From NCBI GenBank assembly GCA_002633005.1, contig NMRA01000071.1, positions 12,120 to 76,119 on the forward strand: a DNA stretch of 64,000 nt. The letters run 5' to 3'. The notes below the pieces were generated by a model. It saw only the letters and a list, made by a program, of their open reading frames with translations, had not been told where the DNA came from and did no database searches. Below are positions 1-13,459 of this stretch, in pieces. How positions within the stretch are numbered: the first letter of the stretch is position 1; every line of letters begins with the position of its first letter. The translations under genes and the position numbers were made by a program. This DNA comes from Phoronis australis (taxonomy: Eukaryota > Animalia > Phoronida).

Positions 1-3000
1 TGAGTTCAATTGAATCATTAATGAGGTCACACGGCAAGATCAAAGTTGAAAGACGTCATTTTGAGACCTTTTTCCCGCCTAAAATTTTTTTACCCCGATT
101 TCAACACTTCTTTCATCGTTGGATAGCTTTTTACTTACTGATTCCAAAAACGTAAGTCGCCACTTCTGCTGAGCCCTAATAAGGCCACGACAGAGGAATA
201 AATTTGGAAAATTGGGTGGGTAGTCTGTGACGTTGACCTTTAACCTTGACCCCGCAGGAGACAGGGACCTACAAATAAGACGCATTTGAAAACTTGCCCT
301 TAACCTTGCTTTGAAAATGTACCGGTTTGGTGGCTTTCAGGTTATTGGTGATGAACATATGTCTTCGAAAAACCGTAGTTCATCTTGGCACAACTTTTCT
401 GATATTGTGAAGGGGGTATGTAAGTTTGGGGCACTCCTGGGCCCTTACTAAGGCCAAGAAAAGTATGACACCTACATTTGTAGAGGGGGGAGACAAGGGG
501 CTATTAGACGCACAAAGAATTTTTTAAATCGAAGACAAAAAGGTTTTCGACCAAAAAAAAACTAGGCCAATAGTCCAGGGGTTTTGGGGGCCGAAAAAAT
601 TTTTGTCTCAAATTACAAAAATTCTTTCCCAAATGGACGAGGAATGCCGAGAAACTAAGGCCTACCAAGTTTGAGTTCGAATGGATCATTAATGAACCTA
701 AAGTTTTTTTGACCCAGATTTCAAAACTTCTTTCATCGTTGGATAGCTTTTTACTTACTGACTCCAAAAACGCAAGTCGCCACTTCTGGTGAGCCCTAAT
801 AAGGTCACGACAGAGGACTAAAGTTGGAAAATTGGGTGGGTAGTCTGTGATGTTGACCTTAAACCTTGACCCCGCAGGAGACAGGGACTTAAAAATAAGA
901 AGCATTTGAAAACTTGCCCTTAACCTTGCTTTGAAAATTTCCCGGTTTGGTAGCTTTCGGATTATTGGTGATGAACATATTACTTCGAAAATCCGTAGTT
1001 CATCGTGGCACAACTTTTCTGATATTGTGAAGGGGTATGTAACTTTGGGGCACTCCTGGGCCCTTACTAAGGCCAAGAAAAGTATGATACCTACATTTGC
1101 AGACGGGGGAGACAAGGGGCTATTAGATGCACAAAGAATTTTCAAAATCGCTGACAAAAAGGTTTTCGACCAAAAAACCTAGGCCTATATTCCAGGGGTT
1201 TTTGGGGTCCGAAAAATATTTTGTCTCTAATTACAAAAATTCTTTCCCAGATGGACGAGGAATGCCGAGAAACTAAGGCCTACCAAGTTTGAGTTCGATT
1301 GGATCATTAATGAGGTCACACGACAAGATCAAAGTTGAAAGACTTCATTTTGAGACCTTTTTCCCGCCTAAAGTTATTTTGACCCAGATTTCAAAACTTC
1401 TTTCATCGTTGGATAGCTTTTTACTTACTGACTCCAAAAACGCAAGTCGCCACTTTTGGTGAGCCCTAATAAGGTCACGACAGAGGACTAAAGTTGGAAA
1501 ATTGTGTGGGTAGTCTGTGATGTTGACTTTAAACCTTGACCCCGCAGGAGACAGGGACTTAAAAATAAGACGCATTTGAAAACTTGCCCTTAACCTTGCT
1601 TTGAAAATTTCCCGGTTTGGTACCTTTCAGGTTATTGGTGATGAACATATTACTTCGAAAATCCGTAGTTCATCGTGGCACAACTTTTCTGATATAGTGA
1701 AGGGGGTATGTAACTTTGGGGCACTCCTGGGCCCTTACTAAGGCCAAGAAAAGTATGATACCTACATTTGCAGACGGGGGAGACAAGGGGCTATTAGATG
1801 CACAAAGAATTTTCAAAATCGATGACAAAAAGGTTTTCGACCAAAAAACCTAGGCCTATATTCCAGGGGTTTTTGGGGCCGAAAAAATTTTTGTCTCCAA
1901 TTACAAAAATTGTTTCCCAGATGGACGAGGAATGCCGAGAAACTAAGGCCTACCAAGTTTGAGTTCGATTGGATCATTAATGAGGTCACAAGGCAAGATT
2001 AAAGTTGAAAGACGTCATTTTGAGACCTTTTTACCGCCTAAAATTTTTTGACCCCGATTTCAAAACTTCTTTCATTGTTGGATAGCCTTTTACTCACTGA
2101 CTCCAAAAACGTAAGTCGCCACTTCTGGTGAGCCCTAATAAGGCCACGGCAGAGGACTAAAGTTGGAAAATTGGGCGGTAGTCTGTGACGTTGACCTTAA
2201 ACCTTGACCCCGCAGGAGACAGGGACCTACAAATAAGACGCATTTGAAAACTTGCCCTTAACGTTGCTTTGAAAATGTCCCGGTTTGGTAGCTTTCAGGT
2301 TATTGGTGATGAAGATATGACTTCGAAAATCCGTAGTTCATCTTGGCACAACTTTTCTGATGTTGTGAAGGGGGTATGTGAGTTTGGGGCACTCCTGGGC
2401 CCTTACTAAGGCCAAGAAAAGTATGATACCTACATTTGTAGAGGGGGGAAACAAGGGGCTATTAGATGCACAAAGAATTTTTAAAATCGAAGACAAAAAG
2501 GTTTTCGACCAAAAAAAAACCTAAGCCTATAGTCCAGGGGTTTTTGGGGGCCGAAAAAATTTTTGTCTCCAATTACAAAAATTGTTTCCCAGATGGACGA
2601 GGAATGCCGAGAAACTAAGGCCTACCAAGTTTGAGTTCGATTGGATCATTAATGAGGTCTCAAGGCAAGATTAAAGTTGAAAGACGTCATTTTGAGACCT
2701 TTTTCCCGCCTAAAATTTTTTTGACCCCGATTTCAAAACTTCTTTCATTGTTGGATAGCCTTTTACTCACTGACTCCAAAAACGTAAGTCGCCACTTCTG
2801 GTGAGCCCTAATAAGGCCACGGCAGAGGACTAAAGTTGGAAAATTGGGCGGTAGTCTGTGACGTTGACCTTAAACCTTGACCCCGCAGGAGACAGGGACC
2901 TACAAATAAGACGCATTTGAAAACTTGCCCTTAACGTTGCTTTGAAAATGTCCCGGTTTGGTAGCTTTCAGGTTATTGGTGATGAAGATATGACTTCGAA

Positions 3001-4138
3001 AATCCGTAGTTCATCTTGGCACAACTTTTCTGATGTTGTGAAGGGGGTATGTGAGTTTGGGGCACTCCTGGGCCCTTACAAAGGCCAAGAAAAGTATGAT
3101 ACCTACATTTGTAGAGGGGGGAAACAAGGGGCTATTAGATGCACAAAGAATTTTTAAAATCGAAGACAAAAAGGTTTTTGACCAAAAAAACCTAGGCCTA
3201 TAGTCTAGGGGTTTTGGGGGCAGAAAAAAAATTGTCTCGAAATACAAAAATTCTTTCCCAGGTGGACGAGGAATGCTGAGAAACTAAGGCCTACCAAGTT
3301 TAAGTTCGATTGGATAATTAATGAGGTCACAAGGCAAGATCAAATTTGAAAGACGTCATTTTGAGACCTCTTTCCCGCCTAAAATTTTTTTGACCCCGAT
3401 TTCAAAACTTCTTTCATCGTTGGATTGCTTTTTACTTACTGACTCCAAAAATGTAAGTCGCCACTTTGTCTCCAATTACAAAAATTCTTTCCCAGATGGA
3501 CGAGGAATGCCAAGAAACTAAGGCCTACCAAGTTTGAGTTCGATTGGATCATTAATGAGGTCACACGGCAAGATCAAAGTTGAAAGACGTCGTTTTGAGA
3601 CCATTTTCCCGCCTAAAATTTTTTTTACCCCGATTTCAGAACTTCTTTCATCGTTGGATAGCTTTTTACTTACTGACTCCAAAAACGTAAGTCGCCACTT
3701 CTGGTGAGACCTAATAAGGTCACGGCAGAGGACTAAATTTGGAAAATTGGGGGGTAGTCTTTCATGTTGACCTTAAACCTTGACCCCGCAGGAGACAGGG
3801 ACCTACAAATAAGACGCATTTGAAAACTTGCCCTTAACATTGCTTTGAAAATGTCCCGGTTTGGTAGCTTTCAGGTTATTGGTGATGAACATATGACTTC
3901 GAAAAACCGTAGTTCATCTTGGCACAACTTTTCTGATATTGTGAAGGGGTATGTAAGTTTGGGGCACTCCTGGGCCCTTACTAAGGCCAAGAAAAGCATG
4001 ATACCTGCATTTGTAGAGGGGGGAGACAAGGGGCTATTAGATGCACAAAGAATTTTTAAAATCAAAGACAAAAAGGTTTCCGACCAAAAAAAAACCTAGT
4101 CCAGGGGTTTTTGGGGGCCAAAAAAATTTTTGTCTCCT
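1..4138. repeat. Tandem satellite, ~670-bp monomer (~6 copies, one shortened by a deletion and one partial)
   Basis: Landmark tttgagttcgattggatcattaatgagg recurs near 1, 671, 1290, 1960, 2630, 3300 and 3535. The ORF track repeats the same spurious peptides. Confidence 0.95.
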
Positions 4139-7100
4139 ATTGGAAATGAAGAAGCGGAATCTCCGTAAAATTCTCGGTTTTTGGGGTAGGGCAAAGTCGT
4201 GCGCGGTATTGCGCCGATTGACGAAAACCCAACCGTTGAAAGTCATTTTTTTTCTTTTTCTCTTCTGAGGGTGAGACAGAGGACCTAGGAACAGAGGAGC
4301 ATCGATTTTCAACTTTTAGTTTTCCGGCAATAGACCTTTGAAATGAGGAGGCGGAATCTCCTTAAAATTCTCGGTTATTCGGGGTAGGGCAAAGTCGTAA
4401 AGGGTTTTGCGCCGATTGTCGAAAACCCAGCCGATGAAAGTCGAATTTTTTTCCTTCATTCTACTTACGGAGCGCCAGAGAATCTAGGATCGGAGAGGCA
4501 TCGATTTTCAAAGATAAGTTTTCCGGCAATAGACGTTGGAAATGAAGAGGCGGAATCTCCGAATAAATTCTCGGTTTTTGGGGTAGGGCAAAGTCGTGCG
4601 CGGTATTGCGTCGATTGACGAAAACCCAACTGTTGAAAGTTAATTTTTTCTTTTTCTCTTCTGAGGGAGGGACTGATGACCTAGGAACGGAGGGTCGTTG
4701 ATTTTCAACGGTTAGTATTCCGGCAATAGACGTTTGAAAGGAAGAAGCGGAATCTCCGTAAAATTCTCGGTTTTCGGGGTTAGGCAAAGTTGTGAACGGT
4801 TTTGCGCCGATTATCGAAAACCCAAAGGTTGAAAGTCGATTTTTTTCTTTTCCTTTACTGAAAGAGAGGCAGAGGAGCTAGGAACGGAAGAGCATTGATT
4901 TTCAACGGTTAGTCTTCCGGCAATAGACGTTTGAAATGAGGAGGCGGAATCTCCGTAAAATTCTCGGTTTTTCGGGGCAGGGCGAAGTCGTGCGGAGTTT
5001 TGCGCCGGTTGACGAAAACCCAACCGTTTAAATTCGAATTTTTTTCCTTCATTCTACTTACCAAGGGCCAGAGAATCTAGGATCGGAGAGGCATCGATTT
5101 TCAAAGGTTAGTTTTCCGGCAATAGACGTTGGAAATGAAGAGGCGGAATCTCCGAAAAAATTCTCGGTGCGCGGTATTGCGTCGATTGACGAAAACCCAA
5201 CCGTTGAAAGTCATTTTTTTTTCTTTTTCTCTTCTGAGGGTGAGACAGAGGACCTAGGAACAGAGGAGCATCGATTTTCAACATTTAGTTTTCCGGCAAT
5301 AGACCTTTGAAATGAGGAGGCGGAATCTCCGTAAAATTCTCGGTTATTCGGGGTAGGGCAAAGTCGTGCGCCGTTTTACACCAATTGTAAAGGGTTTTGC
5401 GCCGATTGTCGAAAACCCAGCCGATGAAAGTCGAATTTTTTTCTTTTCTATTCTGAGAGAGAGACAGAGGACCTAGGAACAGAAAAGCATCGATTTTCAA
5501 CGATTAGTTTTCCGGCAATAGACGTTTGAAATGAGGAGGCGGAATCTCCGTAAAATTCTCTGTTATTTGGGGCAGGGCGAAGTCGTGCGGGGTTTTGGGG
5601 CCGGTTGACAAAAACCCAACATTTTAAATTCAAATTTTTTTCCTTCATTCTACTTACGGAGGGCCAGAGAATCTAGGATCGGAGAGGCATCGATTTTCAA
5701 AGGTTAGTTTTCCGGCAATAGACGTTGGAAATGAAGAGGCGGAATCTTCGAAAAAATTCTCGGTTTTTGGGGTTGGGCAAAGTTGTGCGCGGTATTGCGT
5801 CGATTGACGAAAACCCAACCGTTGAAAGTTAATTTTTTCTTTTTCTCGTCTGAGGGAGGGACAGAGGACCTAGGAACGGAGGGTCGTTGATTTTCAACGG
5901 TTAGTATTCCGGCAATAGACGTTTGAAAGGAAAAAGCGGAATCTCCGTAAAATTCTCGGTTTTTCGGGGTTAGGCAAAGTTGTGAACAGTTTTNGTAAAA
6001 TTCTCGGTTTTTCGGGGTTGCGCAAAGTTGTGAACGGTTTTGCGCCGATTGTCGAAAACCCAAAAGTTGAAAGTCGATTTTTTTTCTTTTCCTTTACTGA
6101 AAGAGAGACAGAGGACCTAGGAACGGAGGAGCATCGATTTTCAACGGTTAGTCTTCCGGCAATAGACGTTTGAAATGAGGAGGCGGAATCTCCGTAAAAT
6201 TCTCGGTTTTTCGGGGCAGGGCGAAGTCGTGCGGGGTTTTGCGCCGGTTGACGAAAATCCAACCGTTTAAACTCGATTTTTTTTCCTTTATTCTACTTAC
6301 GGAGGGCCAGAGAATCTAGGATCGGAGAGACATCGATTTTCGACGGTTAGTCTTCCGGCAATAGACGTTTGAAATGAAGAGGCGGAATCTAAGTAAAATT
6401 CTCGTTTTTAGGGGTAGGGCAAAGTCGTGAAGGGTTTTGCGCAGATTGTCGAAAACCCAACAGTTGAAAGTCGATTTTTTTTCTTTTCCCTTACTGAGGG
6501 AGTGACGGAGGACCTAGGAACGGAGGAACATCGATTTTCAACTGTTCGTTTTCCGACAATAGACGTTTGAAATGAGGAAACGGAATCTCCGTAAAATTCT
6601 CGTTTTTTCGGAGTAGGTCAAAGTCGTGAAGGTTTTTGCGCAGATTGTCGAAAACCCAACCGTTGAAAGTCAATTTTTTTACTCTACTGAGGGAGGGCCA
6701 GAGGACCTAGGAACGGAGCGGCATTGATTTTCAACGGTTAGTATTCCGGCAATAGACGTTTGAAATGAGGAGTCGGAATCTCCGTAAAATTCTCGTTTTT
6801 CTTGGTAGGGCAAAGTCGTGCATGGTTTTGCGCCGATTCACGAAAACTCGAAATTTTAAAGTCGGATTTTTTTCTTTACCTTTACTGAATTAAGGCCAGA
6901 GGACCCAGGAACGGAGGGGCATCGATTTTCAACCGTTAGTTTTCCGGCAATAGACGTTTCAACTGAGGAGCCGGAATCTCCGTAAAATTCTGGGTTTTTC
7001 GGGGTAGGCCAAAGTCGTGCAAGGTGTTGCGCCGATTGACGAAACCTCAACGGCTAAAACTCGGATTTATTTCTTTTCGTCTACTGAGGGAGGGCCAGAG

Positions 7101-8985
7101 GACCCAGGAACGGAGGGGCACCGATTTTCAACGGTTGGTTTTCTGGCAAAAGACATTTCAAATGAGGAGGTGGAGTCTCCGTAAAATTCTCGGTTTTTTG
7201 GGGTAGGGCAAAGTCGTGAAAGGTTTTGCGCCGGTTGTCGAAGACCCAACCGTTGAAAGTCGATTTTTTTCTTTTCCTTTACGGATGGAGAGAATTTTTT
7301 CCTTCCCTCTACTGAGGGTGCGCCAGACAATCTAGGAACGGAGAAGCATCGGTTAGTTTTCCGGCTATAGACGTTGGAAATGAAGAGGCGGAATCTCCGT
7401 AAAATTCTTGGTTTTTGGGGTAGGGCAAAGTCGTGCGCGGTATTGCGCCGATTGACGAAAACCCAACCGTTGAAAGTCATTTTTTTTCTTTTTCTCTTCT
7501 GAGCGAGGGCCAGAGGACCTAGCAACGGAGGGTCGTTGATTTTCAACGGTTAGTATTCCGGCAATAGACGTTTGAAATGAAGAAGCTGAATCTCCGTAAA
7601 ATTCTCGGTTTTTCACGGTAGGGCAAAGTTGTGAAGGGTTTTGCGCCGATTGTCGAAAACCCAAAAGTTGAAAGTCGATTTTTTTTCTTTTCCTCTACTG
7701 AGGGAGAGACAGAGGACCTAGGAACGGAGGAGCATCGATTTTCAACTGTTAGTTTTCCGGCAACAGACGTTTGAATGGAAGAGGCGGAATCTCCGTAAAA
7801 TTCCCGGTGTTTCGGGGTAGGGCGAAGTCGTGCATGGTTTTGCGCCGATTGTCGAAACCCCAACCGTTGGAAGTCGATTTTTTTCTTTTTCTTTACTGAG
7901 GGAGAGACAGAGGACCTAGGAACGGAGGAGCATCGATTTTCAATTGTTAGTTTTCCGGCAATAGACGTTTGAAATGAAGAGTCTGAATCTCCGTGAAATT
8001 CTCGTTTTTTTGGGGTAGGGTAAAGTCGTGCAGGGTTTTGCGCCGGTTGACAAAAACCCAACAGTTGAAAGTAGAAGGTCTTTCTTTTGCTCTACTGAAA
8101 GTGGGCCGAAGGACCTAGGAACGGAGGGGCATCGCCGATTGACGAAAACTCAACGGCTAAAACTCGGATTTATTTCTTTTCGTCTACTGAAGGAGGGCCA
8201 GAAGACCCAGGAACGGAGGGGCACCGATTTTCAACGGTTGGTTTTCCGGCAAGAGACATTTCAAGTGATTAGTTGGAGTCTCCGGAAAATTCTGTTTTTC
8301 GTGGTTAGCCAAAGCCGTGCAAGGTTTTGCGCCAATGGACGAAAACTCAACAAATAAAAGTCGGTTTTTATTTTCTTCTTCTGTACTGAAAGAGGGCCAG
8401 ACGACTTTAGGAACGGAACAGCATGCATTTTCAACGGTTAGTTTTCCGGAAATTGACGTTTCAATTGAGGAGGCAAAATCTCCGGAAATTTCTTGGTTTT
8501 TCGTGGTAGTGCAAAGTTGTGCAAGATTTTGCCCCGATTGACAAAAACTCAACAAATGAAAGTCGTTCTTTGTACTGAGAGAGGGCCAGACGACCTCGGA
8601 ACGGAACGGCATCTATTTTCAACGGTTAGTTTTCCGGCAATAGACGTTTCAAGTGAGGAGGCGGAATCTCCGGAAAATTCTCGGTTTTTCAGGGTAGTGC
8701 AAAGTCGTGCAAGGTTTTGCGCCGATTGACGGAAACTCAACAAATGAATTTCTTTTTTCTTTTTCTGTACTGAGGGATGGCCAGAGGACCTAGGAACGGA
8801 ACGGCATCTATTTTCAACGGTTAGTTTTCCGGCAATAGACGTTTCAATCGAGGAGGCGGAATGTCCGGGAAATTCTAGTTTTTTCGGGGTAGAGTAAACT
8901 CGTGCAAGATTTTACGCCGATTGATGAAAACTCAACAAAGGAAAGTCGGGTTTTTTTCTCTTTCTGTACGGAGAGAGGGCCAGAG
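4139..8985. repeat. Tandem satellite, ~195-bp monomer
   Basis: gaaatgaggaggcggaatctccgtaaaattctcggtttt ... gaggacctaggaacggag recurs every ~190-200 bp. Confidence 0.95.
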
Positions 8986-11675
8986 GACTACCTTTCCAGG
9001 CCACACGGTGCAAACTGACAGCATTACCAGGACACACAATGCCAACAGACTACATGACCAGGGTACACGGTGTCACCTGACTAGCTGTCCAGGACATACG
9101 GTGCCAACTGACTACCTGTCCAGGGCAAATGTACCCAACTGCCTACCTATACAGGACACACGGTGCCAACTGACTACCTGTCCAGGACACAAGGCGCCAA
9201 CTGACTATCTGTCCAGGACTCCCGCTGCCAACTGACTATAACTCCAGGACACACGGTGCCAACTGACTTCCTTTCAGAACACCCGCTGACAACTGACTAC
9301 TGTACCTGTCCAGGATACACGTTGCTAACGGAATACATGTCCAGGCGACACTGTGCAAACTGACTGCATGACCAGGACACGTGCCGGCTGACTATCTGTC
9401 CAGGACAAAAGTTGCCAACTGACTACCTGTTCAGGACACCCGCTGCCAACTGAATAGCTATCCGGGATACACAGTGCCAAATGACTACCGGTCCAGGACA
9501 TCTGTTGCCAAATGACTACCTGTGTAGGACGCCCGTTGCCAACTGACTAGATGTCCATGTCACCGCAGCCAACTGACTACCTCTCCAGGACAGACGGAGC
9601 CTACTCACTACCTGTCCAGTACCACAGCCAAATAGCTACCTTTGCTGGGCACACGGTGCCTACTTACTACCTGTGCAGGACTCACGGTGATATCTGACTA
9701 CATGTCCAGGACACCCACATCCAATTGACTTCCTGTCCAGGGAACACGGTGCCAACTGGCTACATGTTCAGGACACCCACTGCCATCTGACTACCTGTCC
9801 ATGAATTCCACTGCCAACTGACTACCTGTCCAGGACACAAAGTGCCAACTGATTACCTAAGCAGGACACACGGTGCCTACTGGATACCTGTACAGGACAC
9901 CTGCTGGCAACTGACGACTTGTCCAGGATACACGGTGCCAACTGACATTCGGGCAGGACATTCGCTTACAACTGACTACCTGTCCAGGATACACGTTGCT
10001 AACGGACTACCTGTCCAGGCCACAAACTGCAAACTGACTGCATGACCAAGACACACAATGCCAACTGACAACCTGTCCTGGCCACACGGTGCAAACTCAC
10101 TGCATGACCAGGACTCATCATGCCAACAGACTACGTTTCCGAACACCCGCTGCCAACGGACTACCTGTCCAGGACACACGGCGCCAACTGACTACCGGTC
10201 CTGGACACCCCCTGCCAACTGACTATATCTCCAGGACACACGGTGCCAACTGACTACCTGTCCAGAACAAACGCTACCAACTGACTACCTGTCCAGGATA
10301 CACGTTGCCAACTGACTACCTGTCCAGGACACACGGTGCCAACTCACTACATTACCAGGATACACGCTGTTAACTGACGTCATGTCCAGGACACACAATG
10401 CCAAATGACTACCTGTCCAGGACACGCGGTGCCAACTCACAACATTACCAGGAAACCCGCTACCAACTGACTACCTGTCCAGGACAGCCGTTGCCAACTG
10501 ACCTGTTCAAAACACACGGTGCCACCTGACTAACTGTCCAGGACACCCGCTACCAACTAACTACCTGCCCAGGACACACGATGCCAACTGACATCCTGTC
10601 CAGGACACACGCTGCCAAATGACTATCTGTCCAGGACACACGCGGCCAACTGACTACCTGTCCAGAACACCCGTTGCCAACTCACCTGTCCAAGACAGAC
10701 GGTGCCAACTGACTACCTGTCCAGGCCACATTGTGCAAACTCTTTGCATGACCAGGATATATCATGCCAACAGACTAACTGTCCAGGACACACGACGCCA
10801 ACTTACTTCCTGTCCAGGACACACGCTGCCAATGGAGTACCTGTACAGGACACACGCTGCCAACTGACTACCTGTCCAGGACACCCACTACCAACTAACT
10901 ACCTGCCCAGGACACACCGCGCCAACTGTTTACCTGTGCAGGACACACGGTGCCAATTGACTACCTGTCCAGGACACCCGCTGCCAACTGATTACCTGTA
11001 CAGGACACACGGTGCCAATGGACTACCTGTCCAGGACACACGGTGCCAAGTGACTATCTGTCCAGGACACACGCGGCCAACTGACTACATGTCCAGGACA
11101 CCCGTTGCATACTCACCCGTCCAAGACAGACGGTGCCAACTGACTACCTGTCCAGGCCACACTGCGCAAACTCTTTGCATGACCAGGATATATCATGCCA
11201 ACAGACGAACTGTCCAGGACACACGACGCCAACTTACTTCCTGTCCAGGACACACGCTGCCAATGGAGTACCTGTACAGGACACACGCTGCCAACTGACT
11301 ACCTGTCCAGGACACCCACTACCAACTAACTACCTGCCCAGTACACACCGCGCCAACTGTTTACCTGTGCAGGACACACGGTGCCAATTGACTACCTGTC
11401 CAGGACACCCGCTGCCAACTGATTACCTGTACAGGACACACGGTGCCAATGGACTACCTGTCCAGGACACATGGTGCCAACTGACTACCCATCCAGGACA
11501 CCCGCTGCAAACTGACTACATGTCCACGACAAACGGTACCAACTGGTTACCTGTCCAGGACGAACGGTACCAACTGACTACCTGTCCAGGTCACAAGGTG
11601 CCAACTGACTACCTGTTCAGGACACCCGCTGCCAACTGACTACCTGTACGGGACACACGGTGCCAACTGACTACC
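8986..11675. repeat. 31-bp minisatellite array
   Basis: Consensus gccaactgactacctgtccaggacacacggt repeated in tandem over ~2.7 kb. Confidence 0.95.
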
Positions 11676-12256
11676 ACCTTGGAATGGGAGGGCATCGATT
11701 TTCAGCGGTTGGTTTTCCGGCAATAGACGTTTAAATTGAGGATGCGGCAAATTCTCGGCTTTTCGGGTAGGGCAAAGTCGTGCAAAGTACTCCGTTGATT
11801 GACGAAAACTCAACCGTTGAAAGTTGTTTTTTTCGTTTTCCCTACTGAGGGAGGACCAGAGCACCTTGAAATGGAAGGGTATCGATTTTCAACGGTTGGT
11901 TTACCGGCAATAGACGTTTAAATTGAGGAGGCGGAATCTCCGGCAAATTTGCGGTTTTTTGGTGTAGGGCAAAGTCGTGCAAAGTTCTACGCCGATTGAC
12001 GATTGCATAACCCTTGGAAGTCAAATTTTCTTCTATTACGCTACTGAGGGAGGGCCAGAGGCCTAGGAATGGAAGGGCGTCGATTTGCAAATGTTTTTTT
12101 CCAGCAACAGACGTTTCAAATGAGGATGCGGAATCTCCGGCAAATTTGCGGTTTTTCGGTGTAGGGTAAAGTCGTGAAAAGTTCTGCGCCGATTGACGAA
12201 AGCTCAACCTACTGAAGGAGGGCCAGAGAACCGAAGAATGGTAGGGCATCGATTTT
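11676..12256. repeat. ~195-bp satellite resumed (~3 diverged monomers)
   Basis: ggcatcgattttc...ccggcaatagacgttt...gcggaatctccggcaaattt, the same monomer as 4139-8985. Confidence 0.9.
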
Positions 12257-12300
12257 CCTAACCCCAACCCCAACCCCAGCCCCAACCCTAACCCTAACCC
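12257..12300. repeat. Degenerate telomere-type (CCCTAA/CCCCAA)n tract
   Basis: cctaaccccaaccccaaccccagccccaaccctaaccctaaccc. Confidence 0.8.
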
Positions 12301-13365
12301 AGGTTTAATCCTGTTAAATATGGCAGACTTGTTCGATATAGGTGCAACTAAATGATGCTGTGGTGTACATTTTTAACTCAATTTTAGAGCAAAAACTATT
12401 TTCAATACTCAGTTTTACGACGACATAAGTCCAACGTAACAGCTAGGGGGACCATGAGTTTTTAAAGGGGGGTCGGGTAAAGGAATTTGAAAAAGAGGGC
12501 CTGGGTCAACAGTTTGAAAATTATACATTTGATATCACTACAATCAAGGGAAAAGGGGTATCCAGACCCCTTGAACCCCTGGATCCGCCTTTACTTAGAC
12601 CAGTACCTACTGAAGGGTGTCCTTCGTATTTTTTCAGATTATGACGGTTTGAACAGAGCGTCATCGTCGCAAGCGCTACGCCTATGACTTAAAAGGCATC
12701 TAATTATTCTTCTGGCCGAGTTTCATCTCAATTGGTCCCCGAAATCAGGTTTACATGCAGGGATCCTGCCCCAGTGGCTGATTTAGAGGGTGCCAAAGGT
12801 ACCAAGGCTCCCCTAAAATTCTCCCATATTCCATTTGGCAGTTCGGGGTTGCGAATCTCTGACGAGTAAAATCCTGGCTAATACTCTGCCCTGGCCCCCC
12901 TAACTCAAAATCCGGGATCCGCCCCTGTGCCCCCTTTGGCCGCAAAAAATAACATGACACGGAAATAAACGTGTGCATTTACTATGTTGCGGTTAATCAT
13001 GAACAATTACTTTATTGTGTGTTGGCACAGACGATACAAAATGAAAACTATCTGGTCATGATATCTTAAATCTGCCTCTTGGTCTCTTGCCGTTTTTCTT
13101 AGCAATTTTTTCACTGATAACATTTTCTTTATGGCCTTTATTCTGGATCAATATCTCCCCAAGCCTTCTGCTTTCCTTGATTTCTAGAACCTTATGACTG
13201 CGTTCACAAAGTGCAACATTTTTGTGTTATATTTTGTGTTCTATTTTATGTTCTAAAGTAGAACACATGTGTTTAGAGTGTACTCGCGTGAGTAACACAC
13301 CTACGCCTTTTTGTTGTCACGCATTTGTATTGTTGATGACTTGTAATTAAATTTGTGTTGATCTT

Positions 13366-13459
13366 CCCCTATTGATGTATCACGGTATTCTATATAACTT
13401 GCCCCTATTGATGTATCACGGTATTCTATATAACTTGCCCCTATTGATGTATCACGGTA
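13366..13459. repeat. 36-bp tandem repeat, ~2.6 copies
   Basis: cccctattgatgtatcacggtattctatataacttg repeated. Confidence 0.9.

Noticed and set aside
79-12285. Many 60-217 aa ORFs
   Set aside because: They are translations of satellite and minisatellite monomers on both strands.
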